Source: Psilocybe cubensis
Lineage: Eukaryota
Reading direction: 5' to 3'
Length of the DNA: 64,000 nucleotides
Assembly: GCA_017499595.2 (NCBI GenBank)
Contig: CM039007.1
Coordinates: 558,001-622,000, forward strand
Both the position numbers and the translations under genes were made by a program. The notes beneath the pieces were generated by a model. That model searched no databases. It had not been told where the DNA came from and saw nothing but the letters and a program-made list of their open reading frames with translations. Shown here one piece after another: positions 23,610-36,144 of the stretch. Positions within the stretch are counted from its first letter, which is position 1. Each line of letters starts with the position of its first letter.

Positions 23610-25228
23610 ATGCCCTCTCAGACTCAGCCTCTTTATGCTTTCAATCTTCCGTTTGAAGTATGGCAGCACATCTCGTCGTTTCTTTCTGTGGATGAAGTAT
23701 GGGTGCTACAAGGTTTGAACCGTATGTTGCGGGGTATTGCACTGGATACGCGATTTCGATGCATCAAAGTGAATCTTTCGCCGCAGCACCCTGCGAGCTA
23801 CGCGAGGCGCTTTCGATTTTTAGGGTAAGTCTGAATACTGATTGGGATGCCACTATTTATCAATGCTCTTCAGGGAAGATCACATAGCAAAGCGTGTCAA
23901 AGAGATCCATTTTCTGCCCCATGTTCCTCAAGATCCCTTTGACGTGAAGGGACCTCGCCATAAAAGTGAGATGAGGACAAGTAGGTCTCAATTCAAGGGA
24001 ATCTTCGAGGATGTCGTTTCGCCCGAGTCAAATTTCATTGTCACTACCATCGCACGTTTTAAGAAAGCGTCACTTTTGCGCATCGAAGCCAGCTACGACA
24101 CACGCTTGCGTCCCCCGGTTCTCCAGCTTATACACGGAAGTCTTCGAATTTTGGCCAATACCATTCGTAATCTGACCCTCATGGTTTCTTTCGACATGAT
24201 GTCTACCATCATTTTGCCAGATCTTGTTCTGACTCGACTGGAAGCTCTTGAAATCGTACCTTTGATACTGGAACGGCCCAATAATCAGAGCGAAATTTTG
24301 ACCCTTTACTCCAACACATTGAAGGCGACACTATTACCCTTTGTCAATCGCCACCGTCTTACATTGAAATCTTTCAATTTTGTTCCTCAGAAAACCCAAA
24401 TGCTCTGGATCTCCTCAAAGTCCAAATGCATGGCACATTTCAATATGTCTCTGCTATTCGAGGGCATAAACCATATTCCACACTTGGTATATTTATCTGT
24501 CAGTGTCCCCGCTACCACGTCTACCAACGATGCCACCCAGCGATTCTTTGCTCTACACTCTCAATCCCTCCGCCATCTACAGATTTCCATGGCTCACATG
24601 TCTGTTCCCAACTACTTGACCTTCCTGGAACGATTCGAAGTCCCCTTACCCCAACTCGAAGTTCTCACTCTTGATTGCGGCTTTCGGTCACGGAGTCTCA
24701 TTGCTGATCCAGCTCTCCCAAAATTCCTCGGCCAATATGCTTCAAACTTAATCAGCCTCAAACTTTTAAAAAAACAACTGGGGAAGTGCGAGATTTTTTC
24801 CCTATTTGAAATACCGCATGGGTCGCCTGTGGTTTACAACAAGCTCCGACGGCTCGAGGTCTGCCTGTACTGCTTGACACCAGAAATCATAGACATGCTG
24901 GCGTGCTCATTGCCTGCGCTCGAAGAACTCGATATCGCCGTTCGCATTTTCAAAGGAGAAACCGCGTCAAACAATGGAAGGAACCAGGTACTGTTTGTTT
25001 ATGATGCCACTCTACAAGCATTCATATCTTTTCATTATTATCTAGTTTTGCGTGGAAATGTGTGCTCGTAATTACAGTGGGTGGACGCTTCAACGACTGT
25101 CAGTAAAAAGCGTTGATTCGAAGCCGATATCACTCGCGAATGTTCATTGCATCTTTGCAATGATCGAAGCACTGCCTCACTTAGTATTTATCAACGAGGT
25201 CAGCCGAATTTCTTACTACGTGTCGTAG
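23610..25228 (+). CDS. F-box-like / leucine-rich repeat-like protein (3 exons)
   Basis: N-terminal LPFEVWQHISSFL..LQGLNR, a PFVNRHRLTL block shared with the copies at 39-45 kb, and a last exon FCVEMCARNYSGWTL. Start could lie up to 100 bp upstream. Confidence 0.75.
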
Positions 25229-25598
25229 CCTTCCTGTTGCCTCCGCGTGTATATACTTGACACCAAGCATTGTTGTTGTTGATTTTGGTGGAAACTTCAG
25301 GATGTGACTGCCGCCCTGCGGCTCGTCACCCAGTTTCTAGAGTCTCTGCTCTGAGTCTCGCGTCTTCAGTGTTAATTCAGACATCTGATCCGTACCTCAT
25401 AAAAGGGGATAATTTCAATTTGATTTCTTGTGAGGTGTGGGGAATTTTAGGGGTACCGCGTACCGGACAGTGCTGAACACGTGCCGCCTGCGCCGATGAT
25501 GCATGCCCTCCATCCAGAAGCCCTTGAACCTTGAATATTGAATGCTTTGACAAACACCACGCCATCCTTCCAACCTCCGAACTTCAAGGTTAAGCCCA

Positions 25599-27130
25599 AT
25601 GGCAACGTCTTCGTCCACGTCTATCTCAAAAGACACGCCCTTACGGAAGAGGATGCGTGTATTGGAACGGGCACAGTCGCTCACCAGCCTGAACAAGTTG
25701 GATGGCAAACCTTTGGACATAAATCTCAAGCACAACGATACTGCGGAAGATGTACCACACATATCCTACACTGATTATGAAACTATATCCAGCTCAAGCG
25801 ATGACGAAGGCGGGGCTGAAAATCGAGAGGAAGCGTCAAATACAAGCAGAACGGAGCATGCTAAACCCCAGAGGCCCACATTGGACACCAAGGGCGCATA
25901 CCACTATTCTCGCAATAGGTCAGAGAGATCAGAGAGTAGCCCAATGTCACCGAAATCACGGGCATGGTACGAGTTCGACCTAGCAGTGGTCGTTGCGTTA
26001 GTCTCGCCAATTGGGAACTGGCTTACTGGCGGGGACCATGTCAAGAATCTTCTCCTTATAGTTTTACTCATTTTCTATCTGCACCAAGTAATCGAAGGTC
26101 CGTTCATCCCTGCGTCAATTATCTCTAGCTAACGGACAGTTCAGTACCATGGAGATTGTACCACAAATGTCGGCCCCATAGACGAGCGGAGCACATCCCA
26201 CCGTCAGGCGCGCTTGCAGATTCAACGTCGAAAGAGGCACAATACGCCCAACTCGCAGCCTCCGAGCTCCAGAAATTCGAATTTCTTTTCCTCTTCCTCA
26301 CATTTCTCTCTCCGTTTCTTGGAGCCGCGCTTCTTCGCTATGCAACCGATGCTATACTGGGTCCAGACGCGGTCTCGTGGTTCAGCACCGGCTTATTCGT
26401 CCTCGCTACCGGCATGCGACCATGGATACATCTCGTCGAAAGGCTGAACGAACGCACCGATGAGCTGCATGATTTTGTCCATTATCCATCCCCTTCTCAT
26501 TCTTCTTCTGAAGAACGACAAAAACTTCTCGAAGACCGCGTCGCCCAGTTAGAGAAATCGCTTCTTAAAATGAAGACCAAGGTTAACCATGCCACGGAAG
26601 ATGTATACGACTACGTTGACGATGCCGTTGACGCTGTTGAGCATGCTATCCGGAAACAGGACCGACGATGGGATAAATTTGAAGGCAAGATTAAAGACGT
26701 TGAACGGGTCGTCGTTCAGTTATCTTCAAAAGCTTCGGCGCAGCCAAATCTCTTATCCAAAACGATTTCAATCGATCTGTGCAACATGAAAGCATATACT
26801 CGATATTTACTCGCGAAGCTGGTGCCCGACTGGATTATACATCCTCAAAAGATGATATATTCGTCTTACCCTGAGGATCCGACGGCCAACATTATGCTCA
26901 CCAAGAAAGTGAAAAAGCGCTCAATATCTGGATCATCGTCTCCCTCCCCTTGCGTTACCCCTTTGGAGACCATTGTCGAGGAGAGCGCTGAATATGTCGA
27001 AGATCCCGTAGCTCGCAGCTCTCTCCTCGCCAGACCTTCCTATATCACATCGGCACTGATTTATCGCACCGGCTACATAATGACTGCGCCTCTACGCGCT
27101 GTTCTAAGGATGATCTTGAGAAAATATTGA
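25599..27130 (+). CDS. Hypothetical membrane protein with coiled coil (2 exons)
   Basis: Two long ORFs joined by an intron at ~26098-26144. Hydrophobic helices (AVVVALVSPIG, LLLIVLLIFYL, FLFLFLTFLSPFLG) precede a heptad-rich region. Confidence 0.75.
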
Positions 27131-27742
27131 CCAACCGGGCCACCCCGCTACCTCTCATTGCTACACTGTTCTACCGTATTTATTCCCATCCACTGTACCG
27201 CAGCATCGCCATCTTTTTGTACTTGACTTTCCATCCAGTTGTATCATTACGTCTTCCACACTACGTCTTCCACCTAAATTGCCCTACAGACCTACAGCAT
27301 TGCAAGTTCCTATCGCGCAACTTTCGACAAGTGATTCTTTCTATACTTAAAGATGCACTTTCAGGTCCTCTCAGTCACTACCTAGTTCTCTGCATTCAGG
27401 GGTTCAACGGACATTGATGCTGTTTGCCTTGACTGACAGATGATTTTGTAGCTGCGACGTGCGTATGCTTGTGAAATGATTGCTAAATTCCAGCGTGATA
27501 ACGGTTTCACAAGACCTTCAGAAAACGATTTGGCTCTTTCCTCCACGACTTCGAAAAGAAATTCAAATTTTATTTAGAGTTATGTTCCCGAAGTTTTAGC
27601 GAAGGTGTTGTTTGACCACCTTCGCTAAAACCTCGGATTTTTAAACCCGGGCGCTAGGTGATATTTAATTAACTTTCCCCGCATTTTGTGCCAATTGCCT
27701 ACCCTCCACGGACACTCACTTGCCCCCACATTCTCCTCCATA

Positions 27743-29998
27743 ATGTCTACTTCTGTAAATCAAGACAAGCAGAATCCAAATGATCTCCCTGTGACTGCGA
27801 TTCCTGCTCCTGATGTCCGCGTTTCTGGCACTCCCGTGCCACCACCACCTAAGAAGACCAATGCGTTCGGCTATCCTATTCCAGCACCTCAGATATTTCA
27901 CCCTGCGGCGGCGACGGCAACGCACTTTTTTATCAGCGACAAGCAGTGGGACGAGATTTTAAAGCATGGTGAATTTGACGACATTATCGTTGGAAGTGGA
28001 TTTTGCGCACTGGCGTATGTTACCGAGGCACTGGAAAGGGATCCGTATAGAAAAATTCTAATTCTTGAGCGTGGAGGTCAGAGACTTTGAAATGATTGTA
28101 ATATGATTATAACTCACACATATCCTAAAGGCTTCTGGCTGGCGGATCACTATCAGGTATTAAGCGAAGTTGCAGTTCACAGGAGCAGTTCTGACACTGA
28201 ATTTCTCAGAATTTACCACTCCCGTATAGAGTCATTTTGGGCGAGTCGACTGTTTCATTTCCGTGGCAATTATCTTCAAAGACCTATCAATCCAAGCTAA
28301 AGTGCACACGGCAAATTCTGTACCTTATTCCAAGATACTGATTTTCTTTGATGTGCTAGGTTGGTGGCCGGCTTCACACCGTTCTTCGGGGGGAGGTCGC
28401 CATTCTGGTAAGACTTTGAATCATTTTAAGGGGTTAAAATGGATTCTGAGGTGATATTGGTCAAGGTCTGGATGGTGCCCCGAGCCCACAAGGAATTATA
28501 TGAGGGGGTGGCCCGAGTCGATGCTCAAGACTACCGAGGAACCCATATTTTGGGAGAAAGCCAGACGTTTGCTCCATGTTACGCGTGCAGACAAGATACA
28601 AGACGGCGTCTTTTCCACTCTTCAAACAAAAATTGATCACATACTTCAGAAAAACATATCCCAAATTCTTTCAGCTCAAAGTGCTGAGCCGGCTCCTTTG
28701 GCAGTCGGTAGGAGGACACCGACTTCCACGCTCCTGTTCAACAAATTCGCAGTTCAAGGCCCACTTCTCACCCTTCATAATAAGCAAAATCAGCTGGCAA
28801 ACACCGGCAAGGGTAGCCCACTTCTTATTGCTACAAATGTCACCGTCGAACGCTTCTTCGCCGATGAGGAAAACGACAACGCGGTCAAGGTCCTGAAGAC
28901 TTCTCGAGGAAATCTATGCTTCCCTGAAGGTAAAACGAACATCATCCTCGCAAACAGCGCTATACCAGCGGCTACGGTCCTCTTGAACTCTTTGGAACCG
29001 ATGAAGGCTCGAGCAGGTCATCGCTTAAGCGGTCAGATCCTAGGCCAAACCATTGCGCGTTTCCCAATTGATCAAGAACGTTTCCCGGACCTCGGACGCT
29101 GCACCAAGGGAGATGCTTGCGACGGCGACTGTGGCTATAACTTGCAGATGACTGCAAACTACATCGCTGGAATGGACGATGCAACACAGCTTCAGTATCA
29201 CATTCAGGTATCCGCCATCTATTCTCCTCATCCAAAATGGGATATCGTAGACGCTGCGCGGGAGAGCACAGATTATGCTGCATCTGTTACACCAGAGCAG
29301 CTAGAAGGTTCCGAAGACCATCTCATTCTTGGTAAGGGTGTGTCTCAAATGTTCAATAATGCTTATTGAGTAACATGCAGTTTGCACGAGCTTGGGCGAA
29401 TATAACGAACAGAATCCGGAGGCATGGGTGAAATACAACCCGCAGGACAGAAATCCAATTACTAACGTCAAGGTCCAAGCCACGATGGATCCCAAGACGA
29501 AATCTCTGCAGAAAGTCATGGATCAAGCAACGTAAGTAATGATCGACTGAAATGCTTACCGTTGGCTTATCTCCTATGTCTCATCTACAGTTTCGACGCA
29601 ATCGCTGTTATGGCGGGTCCGCAATCTCGAGAGCTTGAGTATTGGCATCACGAAGGTGGATGGAGTAATGTCAAACCCACTCCAGAAGAGGTCTGCATGC
29701 CTGGGCTTATTCACGACGCCTCGACGTTGTATATGGGACCTGAGTCGGATCCTCACGCCGCTATTGACCAAAACTACGCGGTCTATGGCTGCAAGAATGT
29801 TTATGTAACTGGTGCCGCCATTTTCCCTTCTGCTGGTATGTTACACGGCTCCATGGTGAAGGGTGAGACTGACGCCACTTTAAGGATCGTGGAATCCAAC
29901 CTATACCATGGTTGCATTTGCCCAAGATCTCGCAAGAAAAATTGTCCCAGTTTCAACGAGGTAGCGGCAGTGACCTGGTAAAACGAGTACATTTCTAA
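27743..29998 (+). CDS. FAD-dependent GMC-type oxidoreductase (multi-exon)
   Basis: DDIIVGSGFCAL Rossmann motif, LILERGG, FFGGRSPFW, HDASTLYMG and NVYVTGAAIFPSAGSWNPTYTMVAFA. Confidence 0.85.
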
Positions 29999-30200
29999 TA
30001 GTGTACTATCTTCCAAGATTTTTAGGCATCTAAGTTTCAACAAAATATACTCACATTCGCAGTCGCGTCGTGCTCATTTCGAATATCATGATATAGCTCT
30101 AACATGGTATATGCGTATTGGAACTCAGTATGGCGCAATTTACTTCCTCACAAGCTTCATAATGTAGGGTCCGAAGAACCTCGATACAATATTCCTTATG

Positions 30201-30418
30201 TGCCGTGATGTTATTTCGCTCGAAGCCATTGTTTGTATTTATCAACTGATACGCTCGGGATTCCATCAAGTTTAACCACACTATGGTCTCCTATTACGGT
30301 ACGTTGAATTTAACAGGATAGTCATCGCCCATAGTGAAGGTACTTCTGGAACAGGAATCATTGGTGAGTCTTCTTATTCATATCCTGTCGACTACCCTCT
30401 CATCAGCATTCCCTCGAC
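30201..30418 (+). repeat. Diverged direct repeat, copy 1 (partner 34682-34994)
   Basis: Shared blocks in the same order: TTCGCTCGAAGCCATT, TATCAACTGATAC, TTAACAGGATAGTCAT, GAAGGTACTTCTGGAAC, TGGTGAGTCTTCT, CGACTACCCTCT. Confidence 0.85.
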
Positions 30419-31142
30419 AATCGAAAATGAGTAGACTCGGGACAGACTGCATGATAATCTGCTACAAAATCGTGCTCCTGTGTCTCTGGGACAATGAACT
30501 GTATTGACAAAATATGAGGATCAGCCCGCTGAGCACTGCGCGTGTAACTCAGCACATTAGTTGACTTCAACAATGCATCGGCAGAGACACCTGAGGGAGG
30601 CATGAGCCGCATGACGAAAAAGTGACAAATCCGCATTTTTACTGGTGCAAGTGCTCCTTATCTTCTAGAGCGTTTTCTAAAGGCTTGCAGAGGCTGAGAC
30701 GGTCTAAATAAAAGCCACAATTCGTATCATTGCTTTCAAGGATGGCAGCAAAATGGATTACTGATCGTACGTCAAGCTCCGAAAAGCTGATCATTGAATT
30801 AGGATTGCCTCAAACAGTTAAGTACTTGACGATTAATGTATCCTGTCCCGGGCAATGAGTTGAAAGGATATCTGGGGTTCAAGACGAGGACCTAGTCCGA
30901 GAAACTATAGCTAGTATAACCCGCAACACTAACCAAAAAGGTTCAATAATATCTATGCAGTTGACACACCATATGTACCATACTCCCGAAGATCTGGAAC
31001 CGAGATTAAAGGAATCAGCATTCATACGAGGGCTCAAGCGCTCAGGAGCTGTTCAATTGTGAATATCAACGACATTTACTTATATATATATAATTGCTAT
31101 TCTCTTCTGCCTACCTCGACATTATCATCGCGAAACCCAACT

Positions 31143-33621
31143 ATGGTCGAGATCTCGCTGCAAATGCCTAGCCCCACCGCTATTCAGGGACTCTCTAGCC
31201 CGACCTTTAAGGCTCCTCCGTTCAGGGAGTCTTTTTTTACAGTTCCAGAGTTATACGATTGGCATTCCGTGCACAGCAAGGACCATCCATATTTCGTATA
31301 CTTTGACGAAACTACGCAGACAAATATCACAATGCGCTGGTCCGACGCGGTGAGAGCCGTCCACTTCATTGCAAACCATGTAATGCGGACCGTCGGTGAA
31401 CAAGAACATGGAGCTGCAAAGCCTTTGATTGGATTGTACTCTTCTGCAGGTTAGACGATATAGTCGTACATGACGTGCAGAAGTATTCACTTACCATTTG
31501 TGCTCAGATACCTTAACGTATATCCTTTCATTTGTCGGGATACTGCGAGCGGGATACCCAGTCTTTCTCATCTCAAAACGTTTAGCACCAGCTGCACTTG
31601 AACATCTGGTTACTAAGAGCGGAGTCAAGCACGTCTTTGTTGCCGAGCACGATAAGATCCTGAGCAATAATATTCAGGATATTCAATCCAAACTTTGCGC
31701 CAGAATCGGCGTGTCCCATATTCCATTTTGGCTCGATACGCTCTCTCCAGAATTTGTTGTACAGAAACCTCCAATGGGTCAATACAATCCTGAGGATATA
31801 TGCCTTGTCCTTCACTCATCCGGTTGGTCCATACGATCTGAATCAGGTATAATGTTTTAGTACTGATGATATATTCGCATGCAAAGGTTCAACGGCTCTA
31901 CCTCAGTTGAACGTATGGACTCACAAGATGTTACACCCTGCCGTATGGCAATTATGTATGGACTCAGCATCACTAGTCGCATTCTGGTAGCCATTGTATT
32001 CTTACTGATTCGGGCATCAGGGTACGGCGAACGAGACGTATGTGGCCAGATTATGTCCACACCGTCTATTCCAACGGCTGGGGCATCAGTTGTGATGGAA
32101 TCCATTTACCCAGTGAGCAAGATTGAGCAAGAAGTTTTAGTACGCCCCGTCTAATATAGAGATACACAGGCCGCCTCTGGTTTGGTCCTCTCTGGCTTGA
32201 AACCGTCTTCCCCTCCAACCTCTATTGACGCTGAAAATGTCTGGAAGAGTATGGTTTCCACACAATCGACATTTGGTTTTGTTTTACAGTCATTTTTGGG
32301 AGTGAGCGACATTTTGTTTGATATCTTTGTGACGTTTTACTTGCTCACTACTGTGACAGCTTTGGTCGGAGGACCCTGAGAAGGTGAAAGTGTTGGCTAA
32401 ATTAGAAGGAGTGGTAAGATACTGTACACCTTTCGGGGAGTGCACGTCACTGAGATCATATCTTTCTAGATGTTTGCTGGGGGACCTCTGGCGCGGGAGG
32501 TTGGGGATTTTCTCGCGAGAAATGGCGTAGAGATCTTCTCGATCTTCGGCTCGTGAGTCACGGAGCCCTCGATGGTTTATTCCTATATATTGATACACGG
32601 AACATGTAGGTCTGAGGCCGGAATGGTGTGCCGAGCATTCCCTAGTAGGACTCTCTTTGTCATCATGCTGAGAGATGCTAACGTCAATATCTAGGCAAGA
32701 AGGGTTTAGACTGGGAGTATTTCGCCTTGAATTACGTCTTAGACCCCGTATTCCGATCCCAGCCTGACGAAAAAATGGTTGAGCTGGTTCTTAAGGTTCG
32801 TTAGGTCATACAAGTTCGTTGATGTTCTGATCTATTCGGCTAGAGATGCCAAACACATACACCCACAAAAACAAACACGGAAGTAAATGGCGTTCCTGCG
32901 TGTGCGACCGGTGATTTATTGGAACCCCACCCAAAAAATCAAGGTCTCTGGAGATATGTGTGTCGCATTTCGGATCGGGAGACTATAGGACCCGGAGGAG
33001 CAAAGGTCCGTCATTCATCTTGATCGTTACAGTCTATTCTCCCTAGAGATCTGATTGAATGTAATCGTTTACTCGCAGGTCAATGTAGTGGCGTTGGGTA
33101 TGCGCTTAATCTATCTATCAGTGTTAATGAGGAATTTAATGAAAATTCTAACACGGTACTCAAGCCCGGATCTTGATGGCGAACCCCCTCGTCGCTGGCG
33201 CTGTCATATTCAGCACATCAGACACATCTAGTACCGGAATCAACTGTGGAACAATTATTGAGCCTGTCGGGACATACACTGACCTCAGTGGCTCGGATGG
33301 TATTAACCGATATTTAGAACTTGTTTGGTATGTCTTTCCCCATTGGATAAATGTTGTCACCTCATTCCCTTGTATTTGCATAGGCCCTCCTTCGAAAAGT
33401 GCAATAGCATTTCCACAGATGCGGCGAGATTAACGCGCGAGGTAAATGAGAAGAGTTCATTTTGACAATCCGATGGCAACTAATATGGACTTGATCAATA
33501 TTCACAGAAGATAATCATAACCTCAAGCACGAAACCATTCATATATGGTGAGAAGGGGATGCCTCGTCGAAAGGATGTCCTGTCCATGTACCAGGACGAG
33601 ATAAGTAGTCTGCAATTTTGA
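31143..33621 (+). CDS. Adenylate-forming (ANL/NRPS-like A domain) protein lacking T and R domains; many introns
   Basis: QGLSSPTFKAPP..TVPELYDWH, ICLVLHSSGS (A3 loop), ATGDLLEPHP and KPFIYGEKGMPRRKDVL, then a stop at 33619-33621. Not every exon junction was verified. Confidence 0.75.
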
Positions 33622-34681
33622 AACTTGTTGGTGGAAGGTGGTCAAACCAACATGTGTATTGTTTAACGCGACCGTCGCAAATGTCAAGTTCTGAATCAAT
33701 TAGAGAATCTGAAGAATATAAATGACGTTGACAATTGACTGTAAAAATATGAAGGACACTCACCTTGTCTTTCAATCGACTTTGAATTGTTTCCACGTAC
33801 ACGACCCATGGCACATATATGCGCCTGTGTAACAATTGACTGAACACACTTTGATAGTGTTGGCAGTAAGACTGGGTACAATACAAGCGCAAGAAGCTTA
33901 TCAACCGGCGAAAGCACACCATAGAGATCAAATCGACCAGCTTAATGGTAGCCCTGTACATCTGCATGGGAAAATTAGTGGGGCGTCCCTATGGAAAGTG
34001 GGACTGTCAAACCTCGAAAGCCTTTGCCAAAAACACCCCGGGCGGACATGCTGGCCATTTGCTGTATGATACATGTGCACGTTGCGCTCAATGACATATT
34101 TTTTCCGCTCTAGCCTCCCGGTCAGTTTTTGTCTGTTTTTGTAACGTGTCTTTATTCAACATTTTGAATGCGCGGACGCAGAACCGAAGACGACATACCC
34201 ATTTAGGGCGAGTAACTGGGAGTCACTGAGCAGAGGCCGTTGTGAGATGTGAGTGGTATCTGAGATCTTCCAAACTAACTGAGACCTAATACAAGCCTAT
34301 GGTTCCAGCGATACCAGAAAGATGTGGCTTCAAAGCGTAGATCAAGGAGCGCTGGTGCCTACAGCGCCATATGTTGTCTTTGGTGCCTGCCCTAAGTCCC
34401 GTTTACGTCCGCTCGCTCATGTTGACGAATTGAAAGTCCGACCCGGCACGTCACGCTGCTGTTGAGGTTCCCGGTCCCTGACCCGCCGCCGACGTTCCTC
34501 CCAATTCCTCCCCTCGTCTCAACGACCAGCAGCAGTTTGCCGGTTTCGTGCTCGCCACCAACCACCCTTTATTTCCACGATACCTCCATCTCTTTCTAGC
34601 GGCGGACTAACACGCTGTTGGTTTCGAGCTTAGTTTTCACGAGCTTGGGAGCCTTCAAGCTTCAACTCTCCTGAGTCATTA

Positions 34682-34994
34682 TGCCGTGAGGTTTTGGCGG
34701 TGCTTACTTCGCTCGAAGCCATTAGAGATATCAACTGATACATTCGGGACTTCCTCAAGTTTCGAAATTGCCCACCTTTCGTTCATTTCTACGCACGGCA
34801 CGAATCATTCCATGGGAAAAACAAACCGCATTGCGGTTTGTTAAGCGTTAACAGGATAGTCATTGGTGATTATGAAGGTACTTCTGGAACGGGAATCACT
34901 GGTGAGTCTTCTCAATATCCGCTCCGCACTCTAGAGTAATAAGATAGATATAGTTGTATCCTACCGACTACCCTCTTGTCAACGATCCCTCGAC
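34682..34994 (+). repeat. Diverged direct repeat, copy 2
   Basis: See 30201-30418. This copy has extra segments, including the palindrome AACAAACCGCA-T-TGCGGTTTGTT (34820-34842). Confidence 0.85.
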
Positions 34995-36144
34995 TTTATT
35001 AACGCCATCCACTCAACGTTCTGGATACCAAACGGAAGTAGATCAACGCTCGACTTTGTGGCGCCCTGTATCAAACACAGTCTCTCTCCTATCCTGCTCG
35101 ATGCTACGCAACTTCTTCAACCTTGAGCTCCTCGCACAGACACTGAAACAGGTTCAGACATTGTCGGTCAACGTAGCCGTATCGATTTTTATATTCGCCA
35201 CCTCCTTGAAGGTTCGCAGTTTTCATCTCAACGCCGCAAGTCATATTAATTGACGATTCTTACGATTAAGGTGATTCCAATGCACCTTGAACCTTCCCCT
35301 TCTTCATGGTGGCTACAATTTACAATGCATTTGTCTACCTTATTGGGCTTCTCGCTCAGGCCCCCTCTAGCTCCCTCCGTCAGCGCAATGAAAACGGGTT
35401 TCAGGCTGCTTTTCTAATACCGGCGCATGTTTCTTGTCATCTAAATGATACCATTAAGTCGGCTTTATCTCTTGGCTCTGGTTCTCATTCTTTCTTAGAC
35501 CCCTGTCCTTCGAAAGGGATGGATCTACGTCGTTAAGTTTAGATCACGTTGCACCTAGACTTTCCTGTCGGATCGGCATTATATCTTGGAACTCTCATGC
35601 GTACATCAACACGTTTATTTTATCTCTCTCGATAAGCCTCCCCTTGCCAGCTTTTCAAGAATTTTTACCTCGACGTCGCGCCAGCACAGCCACACAACAC
35701 ATGATTTCCACATTTGGCTTGGACATACACTCATCCATTTTGGGATATCCTATTTTCCCTTCTTACTTCCACTTTTGCCATTCCCCTTGTGCAGATGTCA
35801 AACATGAGTTCACGACTTTTAGAAAAGAAACGCTCCAATATATAAGCTGCCGGTCATGTCGACTCGCCGCCTTTGTTTCTAAAGCGGAATACCATTTATC
35901 GCTCATAACGAAGAAGGCGGATTTCGCACCGTGGACTCTCGGGGTACTTGATTCCCTTCAGTGAGTCAGGATAAACGAATTCCTTGTTCTCTGGGTTCTT
36001 AATCCAGAAGACCTGTCAAGCCCGAAATGCCCACTTTTTCTGTCTTTTCGTTCTTACGAGGTGGCTCTGCCTTGCCTCCAGCGACTCCATCCTGTCGTCG
36101 CCATACCCCGTAGCTGACCTCTGGCCAGGGATACGTAGAAAACT

